Below, piece after piece: positions 38,599 through 47,482 of a DNA stretch of 64,000 nt. The notes under the pieces were generated by a model, which did not search any database, had not been told where the DNA came from, and saw nothing but the letters and a program-made list of their open reading frames with translations. The translations under genes were made by a program, and so were the position numbers. Source of the DNA: Bryobacteraceae bacterium (GTDB lineage Bacteria > Acidobacteriota > Terriglobia > Bryobacterales > Bryobacteraceae). Numbering within the stretch: position 1 is the stretch's first letter; each line of letters opens with the position of its first letter. Where the stretch lies: positions 9,860-73,859 of the forward strand of contig DASVGP010000206.1 of NCBI GenBank assembly GCA_036379475.1, given 5' to 3'.

Positions 38599-39355
38599 GC
38601 TCGTTAGTCCTTATTCTAGGGTACCTCGCGATCGGTTGCTTATAAGCAACCGATCAGGTGCCGGAAATTCAAAAGATCCGGCGCCCGCTGGAGACTTGCT
38701 CAAACCCGCGCAAATCGTCGAATTCGAAGGAGCGACGCGCTGGGCCGAAGCATTGCTCGAAGACCAAAGCATGCACGGACCCGGAATCATCCAGCCGCAA
38801 TTGCCGAGCTGCCTGAGGTCCGCCTCAGAACGGCTAAGCGGTTGGCGCAAGAGAAGCGGCTGAAACGTTCTGCTTGGACATCGCCGACGGCGAACTCGGC
38901 TGCAGCTACGCCTCTACAACTTAAAAATGTTTCGACTTCCGGTTCCTTTATTGAAGGGTCGGCCAATACTAACGGCTCTCCGAAAGGGATTACAGATGCT
39001 ATTCGATTTTAAATATAACGATGGTCCCAAGCGTACCCGGTTGAAAGCCGGGTGGGGAACAACGCTGTTGCTTTTTGTCTTGATAATAATTGTGCTCTGG
39101 ATGATGGGCCGGGGCGATATCGCTTCGGCTCTTCTTCAATATCTGGCACACCTGAGTGCGAAATGACAAGCCGATTAAAGCTCCAGAAACGCGGCAATTA
39201 GCGGCAATTAAGAGAAATCACATCCTGGGCCAGCACTTCTGGGTCTCGCAAACGTCCTGCACGCGCTTTCGCACCGCTGGGTTCGCGCCAAAGCACGCAT
39301 CGTGCGCGGCGCAGTTCGTCGGTGTGGCGACGCAGGGTTCTGAAAACCGTTCAAT

Positions 39356-39400
39356 ATACCTCTATACTGTGTGCCTCTATAGAGGTAGACTCTATGCCCG
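39356..39400. repeat. CCTCTATA / CCTCTATAGAGG motif unit (copy 1 of a 27-30-bp direct repeat)
   Basis: CCTCTATACTGTGTGCCTCTATAGAGG at 39359-39385, followed by a degenerate GACTCTATG. Confidence 0.8.
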
Positions 39401-39660
39401 CACCTTGCCTCGGTGAGTGATGGTAGTCCGAAGCGTCGTCTTATACGCAGAACTCTTGCGCCGCGATCGGCGATAAATTGCTCGCGTTCCCCATTGATCC
39501 GGGAGCGAATTTCCCGCGAAATATTGCGCCCGGAACCGTTGTTCATGTCTCTGGCGCGTTCGTCGGCGTTGAAGTAGTCGAGCTGCGCTTCTTCAGGCCG
39601 GAAAACCGTGGATTTCCCGCTGCCAGGCGGCCCGGCCACCACGATCATCCGTGGCGGCAT
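39387..39660 (-). pseudogene. Zeta-toxin/AAA-like P-loop kinase, frameshifted and truncated at the CCTCTATAGAGG repeat
   Basis: MPPRMIVVAGPPGSGKSTVF...NADERARDM is zeta-like. After ~75 aa the frame degrades, with an ETTL-like YKTTLRTT in another frame, and the sequence runs into the repeat at 39385. Confidence 0.6.
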
Positions 39661-39887
39661 TAATGGGTGAAATCGGCCTTCGAATCCGGGCGCATGTCCT
39701 CGGGAAGCGGCTCTTTAAAGTGCCAATTGCCATACTCATCGAGATAGCCTTCGCGCTTCAGATCGACAACGATTTTCTTCTTGCGCTCCCGATAGATGGC
39801 TAATTCCTGAGCGTGAAAGCGCGCCAATTCCTCGGGGTTGTGGAAATCCACGTTGAGAATGGTCAGCTCCTTCGTGTTGGAAGCCAT
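39660..39887 (-). CDS. Small protein upstream of the zeta-like gene (antitoxin candidate)
   Basis: MASNTKELTILNVDFHNPEELARFHAQELAIYRERKKK.... TAATG overlap with the zeta-like start. Start codon choice is uncertain (39887 or 39908). Confidence 0.45.
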   Translation of the reverse strand: MASNTKELTILNVDFHNPEELARFHAQELAIYRERKKKIVVDLKREGYLDEYGNWHFKEPLPEDMRPDSKADFTH

Positions 39888-40038
39888 CGCACTTTCAAGA
39901 TAGCGCATTTTGCTGCCCGCCGCTTCCCGAGCGCCAGGCGCAGTCCTCCATAGAAGAGTAGCGCAATGACACTTCGGAAAGCGGTACGGACGTTCCCCAC
40001 TTTCCACCTGCGAGGCGCAGGTCCAGGATGGCCAATAC

Positions 40039-40072
40039 GCCTCTATACTACTGTGTGCCTCTATAGAGGCGG
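40039..40072. repeat. CCTCTATA / CCTCTATAGAGG motif unit (copy 2)
   Basis: CCTCTATACTACTGTGTGCCTCTATAGAGG at 40040-40069. Same orientation as copy 1, with a 3-bp insertion. Confidence 0.8.
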
Positions 40073-40792
40073 TTTCTCATGCCGCGCTTCCGGCTCTTTA
40101 GCCCGCCCGCGAGGCCTGTTCGACTGCAATCTTTTTTTTCCAGCCTGTATAGTGATGCGATACGTATCGGCCCGCCGCGGATGGAAGATCAAAGCTGGCC
40201 GGAAGCATGCCAGGCAAGTCCCGGAGGGGTTGCGAACACTCGGGTACACAATGCCGTTCGACCCTTCATACAGGAGCTTCTTCGCCAAGGCTTGCGGTGC
40301 AGCATAGCACTGCGGAATCGGGTTCGGCTGCAAACAGTTGGCGAGATCCGAGGCGTCTAAACAGTGAAACAAACCCGAGAAATCAGCAAGGAAATCGATG
40401 TAGTCAAAGGGGTACTCGCCGGTGATATGAGCATTTTCCAGGAAGCGTCTCTTATGGAAACTCACTTCGGCAATCGATGTCTCGACCTCGAGACCGGCGT
40501 ACCAGGCACCACGACGAGGCCCATGAAAGCGGCCCCCATAAGGCCCCGGATGCGAAAAAACTGCATTCACGATATGCGCTTCCGGCACTCCGTACAGTAA
40601 TTCGCCAGGACCGATACCGGGGCTGCCTCCCGCCTCTGCAATTTTGCGCTCGTTGCCGGCCGCGTCCAGTTCAGTCAAGTCCGCGATCACGCTTGCCGGC
40701 AACGGCAGATTTTCGAGAACGCTTCCTGTGCTCAGTTTGCTTGGAACCAAGCGGTGAGTGCCAGGGTAATCCACTCGCTCCAGGTGGGCCAT
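40061..40792 (-). CDS. RES-domain toxin
   Basis: GGRFHGPRRGAWYAGLEVETSIAEV and GIVYPSVR carry the R...E...S residues. Follows an Xre/DUF2384-type gene with overlapping stop and start. Confidence 0.8.
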   Translation of the reverse strand: MAHLERVDYPGTHRLVPSKLSTGSVLENLPLPASVIADLTELDAAGNERKIAEAGGSPGIGPGELLYGVPEAHIVNAVFSHPGPYGGRFHGPRRGAWYAGLEVETSIAEVSFHKRRFLENAHITGEYPFDYIDFLADFSGLFHCLDASDLANCLQPNPIPQCYAAPQALAKKLLYEGSNGIVYPSVRNPSGTCLACFRPALIFHPRRADTYRITIQAGKKRLQSNRPRGRAKEPEARHEKPPL

Positions 40793-41226
40793 TAACGGCC
40801 GCCACGAGCTGCGTCCAGCAGACCCCGAACCTGGTGCAGTCCTGGAATGCCCGCTCGCAACATGTAATCGAGGGGAGTTTGGCCACCGAACAGCGGATCA
40901 TCGTTCGGCCGGCTGATCCACTGATCCGCCAAATCCTCAGGAAGAAGAATGTGCAATGCCTTATAGATCCCCACCACGTACGAAATCCGTGTCAGTTCAT
41001 CCTGGCGCAGTGTTCCCGCCGCCGTCTTCAGCTTGTAAACACTGGACCGCGGCCTACCTCCGAGCAAATCGCCTGCCCGCTCCACTGGAACACGCCATTT
41101 GTCCATAATGGCGAAAAAGCCATCCACGGCCGACTGACTCAACCGTTCCCGGGTTGCGAGCCGGCTCAAATCGGGTGTGACCTCGAATTGATAACCCGGC
41201 ACTGTATAAATCGGGTTGGTAATCAT
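40792..41226 (-). CDS. Xre-like/DUF2384 antitoxin of the RES toxin
   Basis: C-terminal WISRPNDDPLFGGQTPLDYMLRAGIPGLHQVRGLLDA is the typical DUF2384 signature. Confidence 0.8.
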   Translation of the reverse strand: MITNPIYTVPGYQFEVTPDLSRLATRERLSQSAVDGFFAIMDKWRVPVERAGDLLGGRPRSSVYKLKTAAGTLRQDELTRISYVVGIYKALHILLPEDLADQWISRPNDDPLFGGQTPLDYMLRAGIPGLHQVRGLLDAARGGR

Positions 41227-41482
41227 GGGAACCTCCGGAACCTCCTAGCGGGAATTGTCTCATAATAGACGGACAGATGTCTAGATGCAGATTATACGGT
41301 GAACCGGGAAGGAAACTCGCATCAACGACGTTCTTCTCAATCTGATGGGAGGCGGGGCGGAGAGAGGAAGCCAGACAAAATATGGACCGCTCGGGGCCTC
41401 GCTTGAAGCCGGCTAGTGACAGAACTTCGCCATTTCGATACACTGGACCGGAAGTAGGAAAAATTTCACTTCATGCCGTAGT

Positions 41483-41785
41483 TTGAACCAGATGCCCGTC
41501 GAAACCGCTCCCCTCGAAGCCCTTGCCCGCCTCTGCACGATCGCCCGGCGCGATACCGGCCAGTCCCGCCGGGTCGCCGATTTCCTGCTCGCTTGGCACA
41601 ACGCCACGGAAAACGGTGGCTGGGACCCTACAGATCTATGGAATGTCGATGCGGCTATCGCCCGCGACATGCTAACCGTGTTGCAAACGATCCCTACGCA
41701 GCCGGGGAAGTACCCCGGCGAGGTGGGTTTCCAGCCCGAGATCGAACAAATCTGGCAGCTCTGGCGCGCCCCCAAGGAAGTTTGA
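41483..41785 (+). CDS. Hypothetical protein
   Basis: 100-aa ORF with protein-like composition. First gene of a 3-gene co-directional set ending in the ScpA-like gene. Confidence 0.5.
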   Translation: MNQMPVETAPLEALARLCTIARRDTGQSRRVADFLLAWHNATENGGWDPTDLWNVDAAIARDMLTVLQTIPTQPGKYPGEVGFQPEIEQIWQLWRAPKEV

Positions 41786-41788
41786 GCC

Positions 41789-42328
41789 ATGGCCCGCCAC
41801 GCGGAATGGTTCGTCCGCCTCGAAGCCATCGCCGAAGTGGTGCGCCAGAGCGAAACGCTCGAATGGCTGGGGCGGAAAGAGTTGCGGGCAATTTTCAATT
41901 GCAGCGAGCGCGACGCGATCCGCCTGCTACATAAATTCGGGGCTGAGGAGCGCGGCGATGCCCTTTCCTTACCCCGTGCTTCCCTGCTCGCACAGCTCGA
42001 AGCTATCCAAACCGGAAGTACCTACGCTGCGTTTTTGCGCCAGCGCCAGGACGTGGCCAAACAGCTTGCGGCGGCGCGCGGTGAAGCCACCGCCCGGCGC
42101 TTCCGTGTGCGTGCTGCGGCGCCGGAAGAGCCGAAGCCGCGCTTCGCGGACCTGCCCGACACCGTCACCTGGCGGCGCGCCTCGTCGAACGAACCCGGAC
42201 GCTTCGAAATCCGCTACGACAACGGCGAGGACCTGATGTGGCAGCTTGCCGAATTTTTCCGAGTCGCGGGCGCCAACCGTGACGAGTTTTTCGCCGGCAC
42301 CGAGCCTTCCCATGGCCTTCCCTGCTAA
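41789..42328 (+). CDS. Hypothetical protein
   Basis: 179-aa ORF separated from its neighbours by 3 nt upstream and a 17-nt overlap downstream. Confidence 0.5.
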   Translation: MARHAEWFVRLEAIAEVVRQSETLEWLGRKELRAIFNCSERDAIRLLHKFGAEERGDALSLPRASLLAQLEAIQTGSTYAAFLRQRQDVAKQLAAARGEATARRFRVRAAAPEEPKPRFADLPDTVTWRRASSNEPGRFEIRYDNGEDLMWQLAEFFRVAGANRDEFFAGTEPSHGLPC

Positions 42329-43067
42329 TGCCGCTTCCCTGCCGCGGCCGGAACCATTCGACGGCCCGCTCGACCTGCTGCTCGACGAGGTGCGGCGGCA
42401 AAACGTCGCCATCGAAGGCGTCGCCATGGCTCCGCTTGTTGCACGGTTTTTCGAGTATTTTCGAAGTGCCGCCGCCGGGAACCTGAATCTCGGCATCGAG
42501 TGGCTGCACACAGCGGCGGTGCTGATCCTCTGGAAATCGCGCGCGCTGCTGCCGCGCGAACCAAATGCCGAATCCCCGGCCGACCCGGTCCGCGACCAGA
42601 TCGTCGGCCAGCTGCTTGCGCACCGCCAGCAAGTGGCCGCACAACTCGCTCAGCGGCAAGCAGCCGAAGCGGAGCGACTCTCGCGAGCCTCGGACGGGGA
42701 ATTTAGAAAAGAGCTGGCCAGAGAGGAAGCGGAAGAAGAGGCGCCGTTTGTCAGTGTCTGGGACCTGCTGCAGCAGGCCCGCGAATTGGCTGTTTGGGTC
42801 CGGGAGCACCGCCAGGCCCGCCGCTGTCTCCGCCGCAGCTTCGACGTGTCCTCGGACGGCGTGACGGTCGCGCAAATGACCGAATATCTGCGGACCCAGC
42901 TCGTCCCTGGCTCCAAACTCGATGGCACTTCCCTGCTCCAAACCCAGTCCTCCGACGATCGGCGCTGCTGCTTGTTTCTAGGCATGCTCGAACTCGCGCG
43001 CGACCATGCGCTCGACATTGAGCAGAGAGAGCCCTTTGCCGCAATTTGGCTCAGATCGCACCAATAA
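42312..43067 (+). CDS. scpA: ScpA-like kleisin (segregation and condensation protein A family)
   Basis: Start taken at MAFPANA. FDGPLDLLLDEVRRQNVAIEGVAMAPLVARFFEY...WLHTAAVLILWKSRALLP matches the ScpA N-terminal signature. Confidence 0.7.
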   Translation: MAFPANAASLPRPEPFDGPLDLLLDEVRRQNVAIEGVAMAPLVARFFEYFRSAAAGNLNLGIEWLHTAAVLILWKSRALLPREPNAESPADPVRDQIVGQLLAHRQQVAAQLAQRQAAEAERLSRASDGEFRKELAREEAEEEAPFVSVWDLLQQARELAVWVREHRQARRCLRRSFDVSSDGVTVAQMTEYLRTQLVPGSKLDGTSLLQTQSSDDRRCCLFLGMLELARDHALDIEQREPFAAIWLRSHQ

Positions 43068-43075
43068 CCCCTCAG

Positions 43076-43240
43076 TTTACAGAGGTAGCCTCTATAGAGG
43101 TATAGAGGCTAAACATAGCCTCTATACCTCTAGACTCATTCAGACTAGCAGCAGAATACCAAAGCTAAATACGCATAGAGCCGGTATAGAGGTATAGCAG
43201 CATACTGTTATAGAGTCAGCCTCCTTAGAGGCTATATTGG
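43076..43240. repeat. Cluster of CCTCTATAGAGG / TATAGAGG / CATAGAG motifs (centromere-like)
   Basis: Perfect 12-bp palindrome CCTCTATAGAGG at 43089-43100, TATAGAGG at 43101 and 43185, CCTCTATA at 43119, and variants through 43232. Confidence 0.8.
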
Positions 43241-43413
43241 TCTGCCTCGGCGACTGACGCACACGCTTCGATGCCCTCCGCTTGCACGGAAGGTGCCAGG
43301 TAACCGGTCGCACAACCCAAAGTCATAGCCGTTCGCTTCTTTGCGCGCCCATCCGCGCGGGGTTGTTCATGTGCTATATTCGAGCTCGAGGTCGAGTAGA
43401 CTCCACCCAACAG

Positions 43414-43544
43414 CATAGAGGCAGACTCTATAGAGGCATAGAGATGGTTAGTCAGTTAAAAACGCTGATTTTTCAATGTGTAACAAAATATTGCCGGTAT
43501 AGAGGTATAGCAGTATACTGTTGTGGAGGTCACCTCTCTAGAGG
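43414..43544. repeat. Second cluster of the same motif family, directly upstream of and overlapping the parA start
   Basis: CATAGAGG at 43414, ACTCTATAGAGG at 43425-43436, TATAGAGG at 43498, CCTCTCTAGAGG at 43533. GCCGGTATAGAGGTATAGCAG(C/T)ATACTGTT repeats the unit at 43180. Confidence 0.8.
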
Positions 43545-44470
43545 AGAATTGCGAGGATCCGGAGTTGTCACATTTTGAAACAAGGGTGGTCGCGCTTGCA
43601 AATCAGAAGGGCGGATGCGGTAAAACAACTACGGCCGTTAGCTTGGCTGCCGGTTTTGCCCATGAAGGATACTCCGCAAGCATCGTGGATGTTGATCCGC
43701 AATGCAACGCAACCGATAGCTTTGGCGTGGACCGTGACGATCTCGCAAAGGCGGGGAGATACACCACCGCGGATATTTATTTGGGGAAGAAGGCAGCAGC
43801 GGAAATTGAAATCGTATTTCCACAGCGGTTTCGCGGTGAACTAGGGCTAATACCCGGTCATCGTGGCTTGGCATCGGTACCGCAGCGGCTTGAATCAGCT
43901 TTGCAGGCGCAGCTGGCTCATGAAGATTCGTCCGAATTGGATGCGGACGATCTAAAAAACGAGCATCGGGAAAGGCTTAAACACTCGCTGAACTCATTGA
44001 GAGGTCGGCGTGACGCGATTTTTATCGACACGCCGCCAGATCTCGGATTCCTGATGACCACAGCTCTAATTGCCGCCGACTTCTTTATTATCCCTGTCTT
44101 TCCTTCGGGCTATGACTTGAAGGGTCTTGAAACCTTGATGCGAACGACGGAGAAGGTACAGAAACGGTTCAATCCGAATCTGCGCTTGATAGGCGTTCTT
44201 CTTGGGAATTACGATACAACAGCCAAGTTGGATTCCGATATTCACGGCATGCTATCGCGAAAGTTCGGCAACGGACTCATATTTGATGTAAAGATCAACA
44301 GGAGCGTCAAGCACCGCGAAGCCACGGTCTACGGCCGCACGATTTTCGAGCATGCCCCGGAGGCGCAACCCGCCGCTCAGTTCGCAGCCTTAGTTCACGA
44401 AGTTGTCAGGCGCTTGAACGGGAAGGGAACACCCGAACAACCAGCACTGGAGGCCATAGCCCGTGGCTAG
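43523..44470 (+). CDS. parA: ParA/Soj-family partition ATPase (start uncertain)
   Basis: Deviant Walker A ANQKGGCGKTTTA and IFIDTPPDLG. Confidence 0.9.
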   Translation: MEVTSLEENCEDPELSHFETRVVALANQKGGCGKTTTAVSLAAGFAHEGYSASIVDVDPQCNATDSFGVDRDDLAKAGRYTTADIYLGKKAAAEIEIVFPQRFRGELGLIPGHRGLASVPQRLESALQAQLAHEDSSELDADDLKNEHRERLKHSLNSLRGRRDAIFIDTPPDLGFLMTTALIAADFFIIPVFPSGYDLKGLETLMRTTEKVQKRFNPNLRLIGVLLGNYDTTAKLDSDIHGMLSRKFGNGLIFDVKINRSVKHREATVYGRTIFEHAPEAQPAAQFAALVHEVVRRLNGKGTPEQPALEAIARG

Positions 44471-44987
44471 AAAAGAGAGCCGTGGACTACCTCCGGATTT
44501 CGATCTGAACCTGCCGACAGACAAACCGATCGAGCTTGGCGATTATCTGGACGAAGAAGCAGTGCGGCCTAGTTTGCCTAATGCACCGGAGCATCTCGAG
44601 TTTTCTTCTCCGCCTCCTACTGAAGCGGCGGTGTCGAGGCCCTTACCCGCTCCGCCGATTACTGCCCCGTATCAGCGCGGCTACCTGTCGAGGCAGCAAC
44701 TCAGGCCAGGTGCGGTTCCCCGAAAGCAACTGAATGCGACCCCTGAGACCATGCGCATGTTGGATGACCTATTGGTGCAGATTCGCCAGCAGAGCATGGA
44801 GAAGGACGTTCGCATATCCGAAATCTTCCACGCCATGGTCTTGTGTGTCCATGAAGCTCGGGCGTATCTCGATTTGAGCGCCGTTCCGCCCCGCGGTCGG
44901 TGGGGCAGTCCAACAGCGGCCTCTCTGCCGGTGGCCCTGAAGAACGCATTCATGGATGCCATAAGCAGGACGAGACCACGCCGTTAA
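44463..44987 (+). CDS. Putative centromere-binding partner of ParA (ParG/ParB-like, family unclear)
   Basis: Overlaps the parA stop by 8 nt. Disordered Pro-rich N-half, then a helical C-half (ETMRMLDDLLVQIRQQS...ISEIFHAMVLCVHEA). Confidence 0.5.
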   Translation: MARKESRGLPPDFDLNLPTDKPIELGDYLDEEAVRPSLPNAPEHLEFSSPPPTEAAVSRPLPAPPITAPYQRGYLSRQQLRPGAVPRKQLNATPETMRMLDDLLVQIRQQSMEKDVRISEIFHAMVLCVHEARAYLDLSAVPPRGRWGSPTAASLPVALKNAFMDAISRTRPRR

Positions 44988-45078
44988 TACCTCTATACCG
45001 TTATACCTCTACACCTCCACCACTCTAATGTGCTGATTTTTAATCAGATTACCTGAATGCCTCTATGCCTCTATACCG
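44986..45078. repeat. Third cluster of CCTCTATA motifs, downstream of the par genes
   Basis: CCTCTATA at 44990 and 45068, CCTCTACA at 45006, CCTCTATG at 45060. Confidence 0.75.
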
Positions 45079-45083
45079 AAAGG

Positions 45084-45397
45084 TGAGCAGTTTGGAGAGA
45101 CAGAATGTCCTCTGAATACAAACCGGATGGCTCCAATGCCCATAAGAGCTGTCCTCAAGAGACTCCCACTGCGATGCTCAGTGATTTTCAATAACTTACG
45201 GATGAAATCCGGCATTAGATTGGGCGTCCCGACCCGATCACGGGCCTCTGCCATGCCTGCGGGCAGTTCGAGCAGTTATGGGCGACGTTCCGAGCAGATT
45301 GAGGAGACGCATTGAGCAGTTTCAAGAGACCAACCGAGCAGTTTGGAGCGAATATCCTGAGCAGATTGAGGAGACGCATTGAGCAGTTTGGGGAGAC
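45084..45397. repeat. Iterons: seven ~17-bp GAGCAGWTT..GAGAC repeats, six of them phased at 22-23 bp (candidate oriV)
   Basis: GAGCAG starts at 45085, 45270, 45292, 45314, 45336, 45359 and 45381. A 31-bp exact duplication joins 45292-45322 and 45359-45389. Lies 146 nt upstream of the rep-like gene. Confidence 0.8.
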
Positions 45398-45542
45398 AAA
45401 ATCCGTCTAAGAACCTCAAAATAAAGACCTTTTCGGCCCTTGACAAGAAGACTTTGTTAAATAACAATATGAGAGACAAGCATCAAACAGAACAAGGAAT
45501 AATTGTTTTGAATGCTTGTGACAGGTTAGTCGTCAGAGCCCT

Positions 45543-47087
45543 ATGCCAGCGACCGATAACGACGTGCTCGATCCAATCGAGGAATCTCCGGCGCTTTTTC
45601 CTTCTACCATCACAAGAGTCGAGACTGCTCTCTCCAAGTTTCCGGTCCACAATCTTTCCAAAACAGAAAGCATCGCCATTCACATATACCGGAAAGGGCA
45701 GGCCGGAGAAGCTGACGTGCACTGGACTGTCTCGACTAGCCGAGAATATGGCGAGCCCCGCCAACTCGCATATAAAGTCGATACTCTAATTGTCAACCGG
45801 AAAATCGACGAAGCGAGTCGCCCAATCCCACGGATCCTCCGCCTAGGCAGCTTCCGAGACCTTTGCCAGCAACTTGATCTCTCACCGAGCGGCGACAATT
45901 TTTCCGGCCTCCGCTTGGCTCTTCTCCAAAATGCAAGTGCATTTATCACGGCAAAGCTCACCTACAGAGCGGCAGACGGCAGCACTAAGAAACTAGAAGC
46001 TGGATTCAGCCGCTACAGTGTCGTCTTCACCGGAGACGAGATGCCAAACGGCTATCGAGCTGATGCAGTTCACATTTTACTAAACGAGCAATACTGGAAG
46101 CTGCTAAACAAAGCACAGTTCCGGCCGCTTGATTATGACTACCAAAAATCACTCAAACCAGCAGCACACCGTTTTTACGAACTTGTCAGCTTTCCAATGT
46201 ACGGCTGCCTCAGCCGAGGTCACATACAGGCAAAATTGTTGTATTCGGATTATTGTCTACGCGCTCCGCAGCAGCGATACTTCGACCGTGCACGTATGCA
46301 GAAACAGATGTACAAAGTTCACAAACCGCATCTGGACTCGGAATACATCGCTAAAATCCAATACGTCAAAACCGTCGATACCGAGGGCGCGCCCGACTGG
46401 GAGATGTGTTACAGCCCGGGCCCCAGAGCGCGAGCGCACTTTAACTTTTTTAGAAGAACGGCGGTCGAAAGCTTACCGGATTCAGTACCGGAAGAAATTA
46501 AGCGCAGTCGAGTCCCTAGAGGAAGCAAAGTCAAACCCCAAGAGTTATGTGCAGAACTTTCGCCAGCCGCGGCGGCGCTACGGGACCGTGGTGTTTCCCC
46601 AACAGCAGCAGAGGAACTAGCGAAAGCCCATGAAGACACTCCCGGGTTGATCGATGTCCTCGAGTGGGGGGATCATCTCATCAACCAAGCCCGGCCAGGC
46701 ACATTCCGAAATCCGGCCGGGTTTTACATCTATCTCGTGCGTGAAGGAATCAAACCACCGCAGGGGTTTGAAACAACGCGTTTACAGCTTGCCCGCCAAG
46801 CCGCCCAGATGGAAGAACAAGAGCGTTGGCACCAACAATTCATGGCCGAGCAAGCTTACACTGAGTACCTTGAAAGAGAAACCGATAAGTACATCCAGGA
46901 AAACATTACGGCATCCGAGCTTGCCAGTCTAAAAGGAGCGAAGAAAAAAGAGGTCCGCGGTCAATTTAAGCATGTAATTCCACGGGAGCTAGATGTCCTA
47001 ACAGAGCGTGCCGTTCGAACGGACATTCGGCGCATTCTGCACCTTAAAGATTTTGAGACGTTTTCCAGAGAATTAGTAACTGCTTAA
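45543..47087 (+). CDS. Plasmid replication initiator-like protein (RepA / replication initiator protein A type)
   Basis: 514 aa. The N-half has features of initiator winged-helix proteins (KFPVHNLSKTE...VSTSREYGEPRQLAYKVDTLIV...FRDLCQQLDL...GLRLALLQNASAFI). Sits directly after the iterons and the par locus. Confidence 0.6.
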   Translation: MPATDNDVLDPIEESPALFPSTITRVETALSKFPVHNLSKTESIAIHIYRKGQAGEADVHWTVSTSREYGEPRQLAYKVDTLIVNRKIDEASRPIPRILRLGSFRDLCQQLDLSPSGDNFSGLRLALLQNASAFITAKLTYRAADGSTKKLEAGFSRYSVVFTGDEMPNGYRADAVHILLNEQYWKLLNKAQFRPLDYDYQKSLKPAAHRFYELVSFPMYGCLSRGHIQAKLLYSDYCLRAPQQRYFDRARMQKQMYKVHKPHLDSEYIAKIQYVKTVDTEGAPDWEMCYSPGPRARAHFNFFRRTAVESLPDSVPEEIKRSRVPRGSKVKPQELCAELSPAAAALRDRGVSPTAAEELAKAHEDTPGLIDVLEWGDHLINQARPGTFRNPAGFYIYLVREGIKPPQGFETTRLQLARQAAQMEEQERWHQQFMAEQAYTEYLERETDKYIQENITASELASLKGAKKKEVRGQFKHVIPRELDVLTERAVRTDIRRILHLKDFETFSRELVTA

Positions 47088-47157
47088 CCAGGCCTGGCCC
47101 TTTACGAGAAGTGAGGTGAAACGCCGCCTTTCCCGCGCTCCAGCCGCCCAAAATCCG

Positions 47158-47214
47158 CGCGTCTTCCGCTCCCATCCTCAGCAGAGCCGTTCCCTCGCCG
47201 CAACGCCTCTCCCT
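47158..47214. repeat. 57-bp direct repeat, copy 1 (pairs with 54333-54389)
   Basis: 53 of 57 positions identical to 54333-54389 in the same orientation. Both copies lie in long non-coding leaders. Confidence 0.8.
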
Positions 47215-47482
47215 TCGGCTTGAAATATACCGGCCGAGTCTGTATTCTTCGCTGTTTGCTCCCAAACAGTACTCCTACGGCCCCGGCCCCAAAAGCACCT
47301 CGTACTCCGGCATCCCTCGGAAGAGAAATAGGAACGGCAAGGTAGGTACAAACCTCGCGACCCACGCGATCTTGCAGCCTGGAAAAGCAGGGCTGTCTGT
47401 CTGCTGGTCTTCCCATCCTAGCTACGGGGTCAAGGCTGAACTGCACTGCGCTTCGCTCCGGCCTTGACTTCCTCCGCTCCTT

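Noticed and set aside
38927-39166. 79-aa ORF with one TM helix (possible small membrane toxin)
   Set aside because: There is only a hydrophobic stretch as evidence. The SD is weak and there is no partner or conserved motif.
39356-45078. CCTCTATA-type repeat clusters as a possible CRISPR array
   Set aside because: The units are short (8-12 bp core), irregularly spaced, in mixed orientation and interspersed with genes. There are no uniform spacers and no cas genes. They fit centromere/operator sites better.
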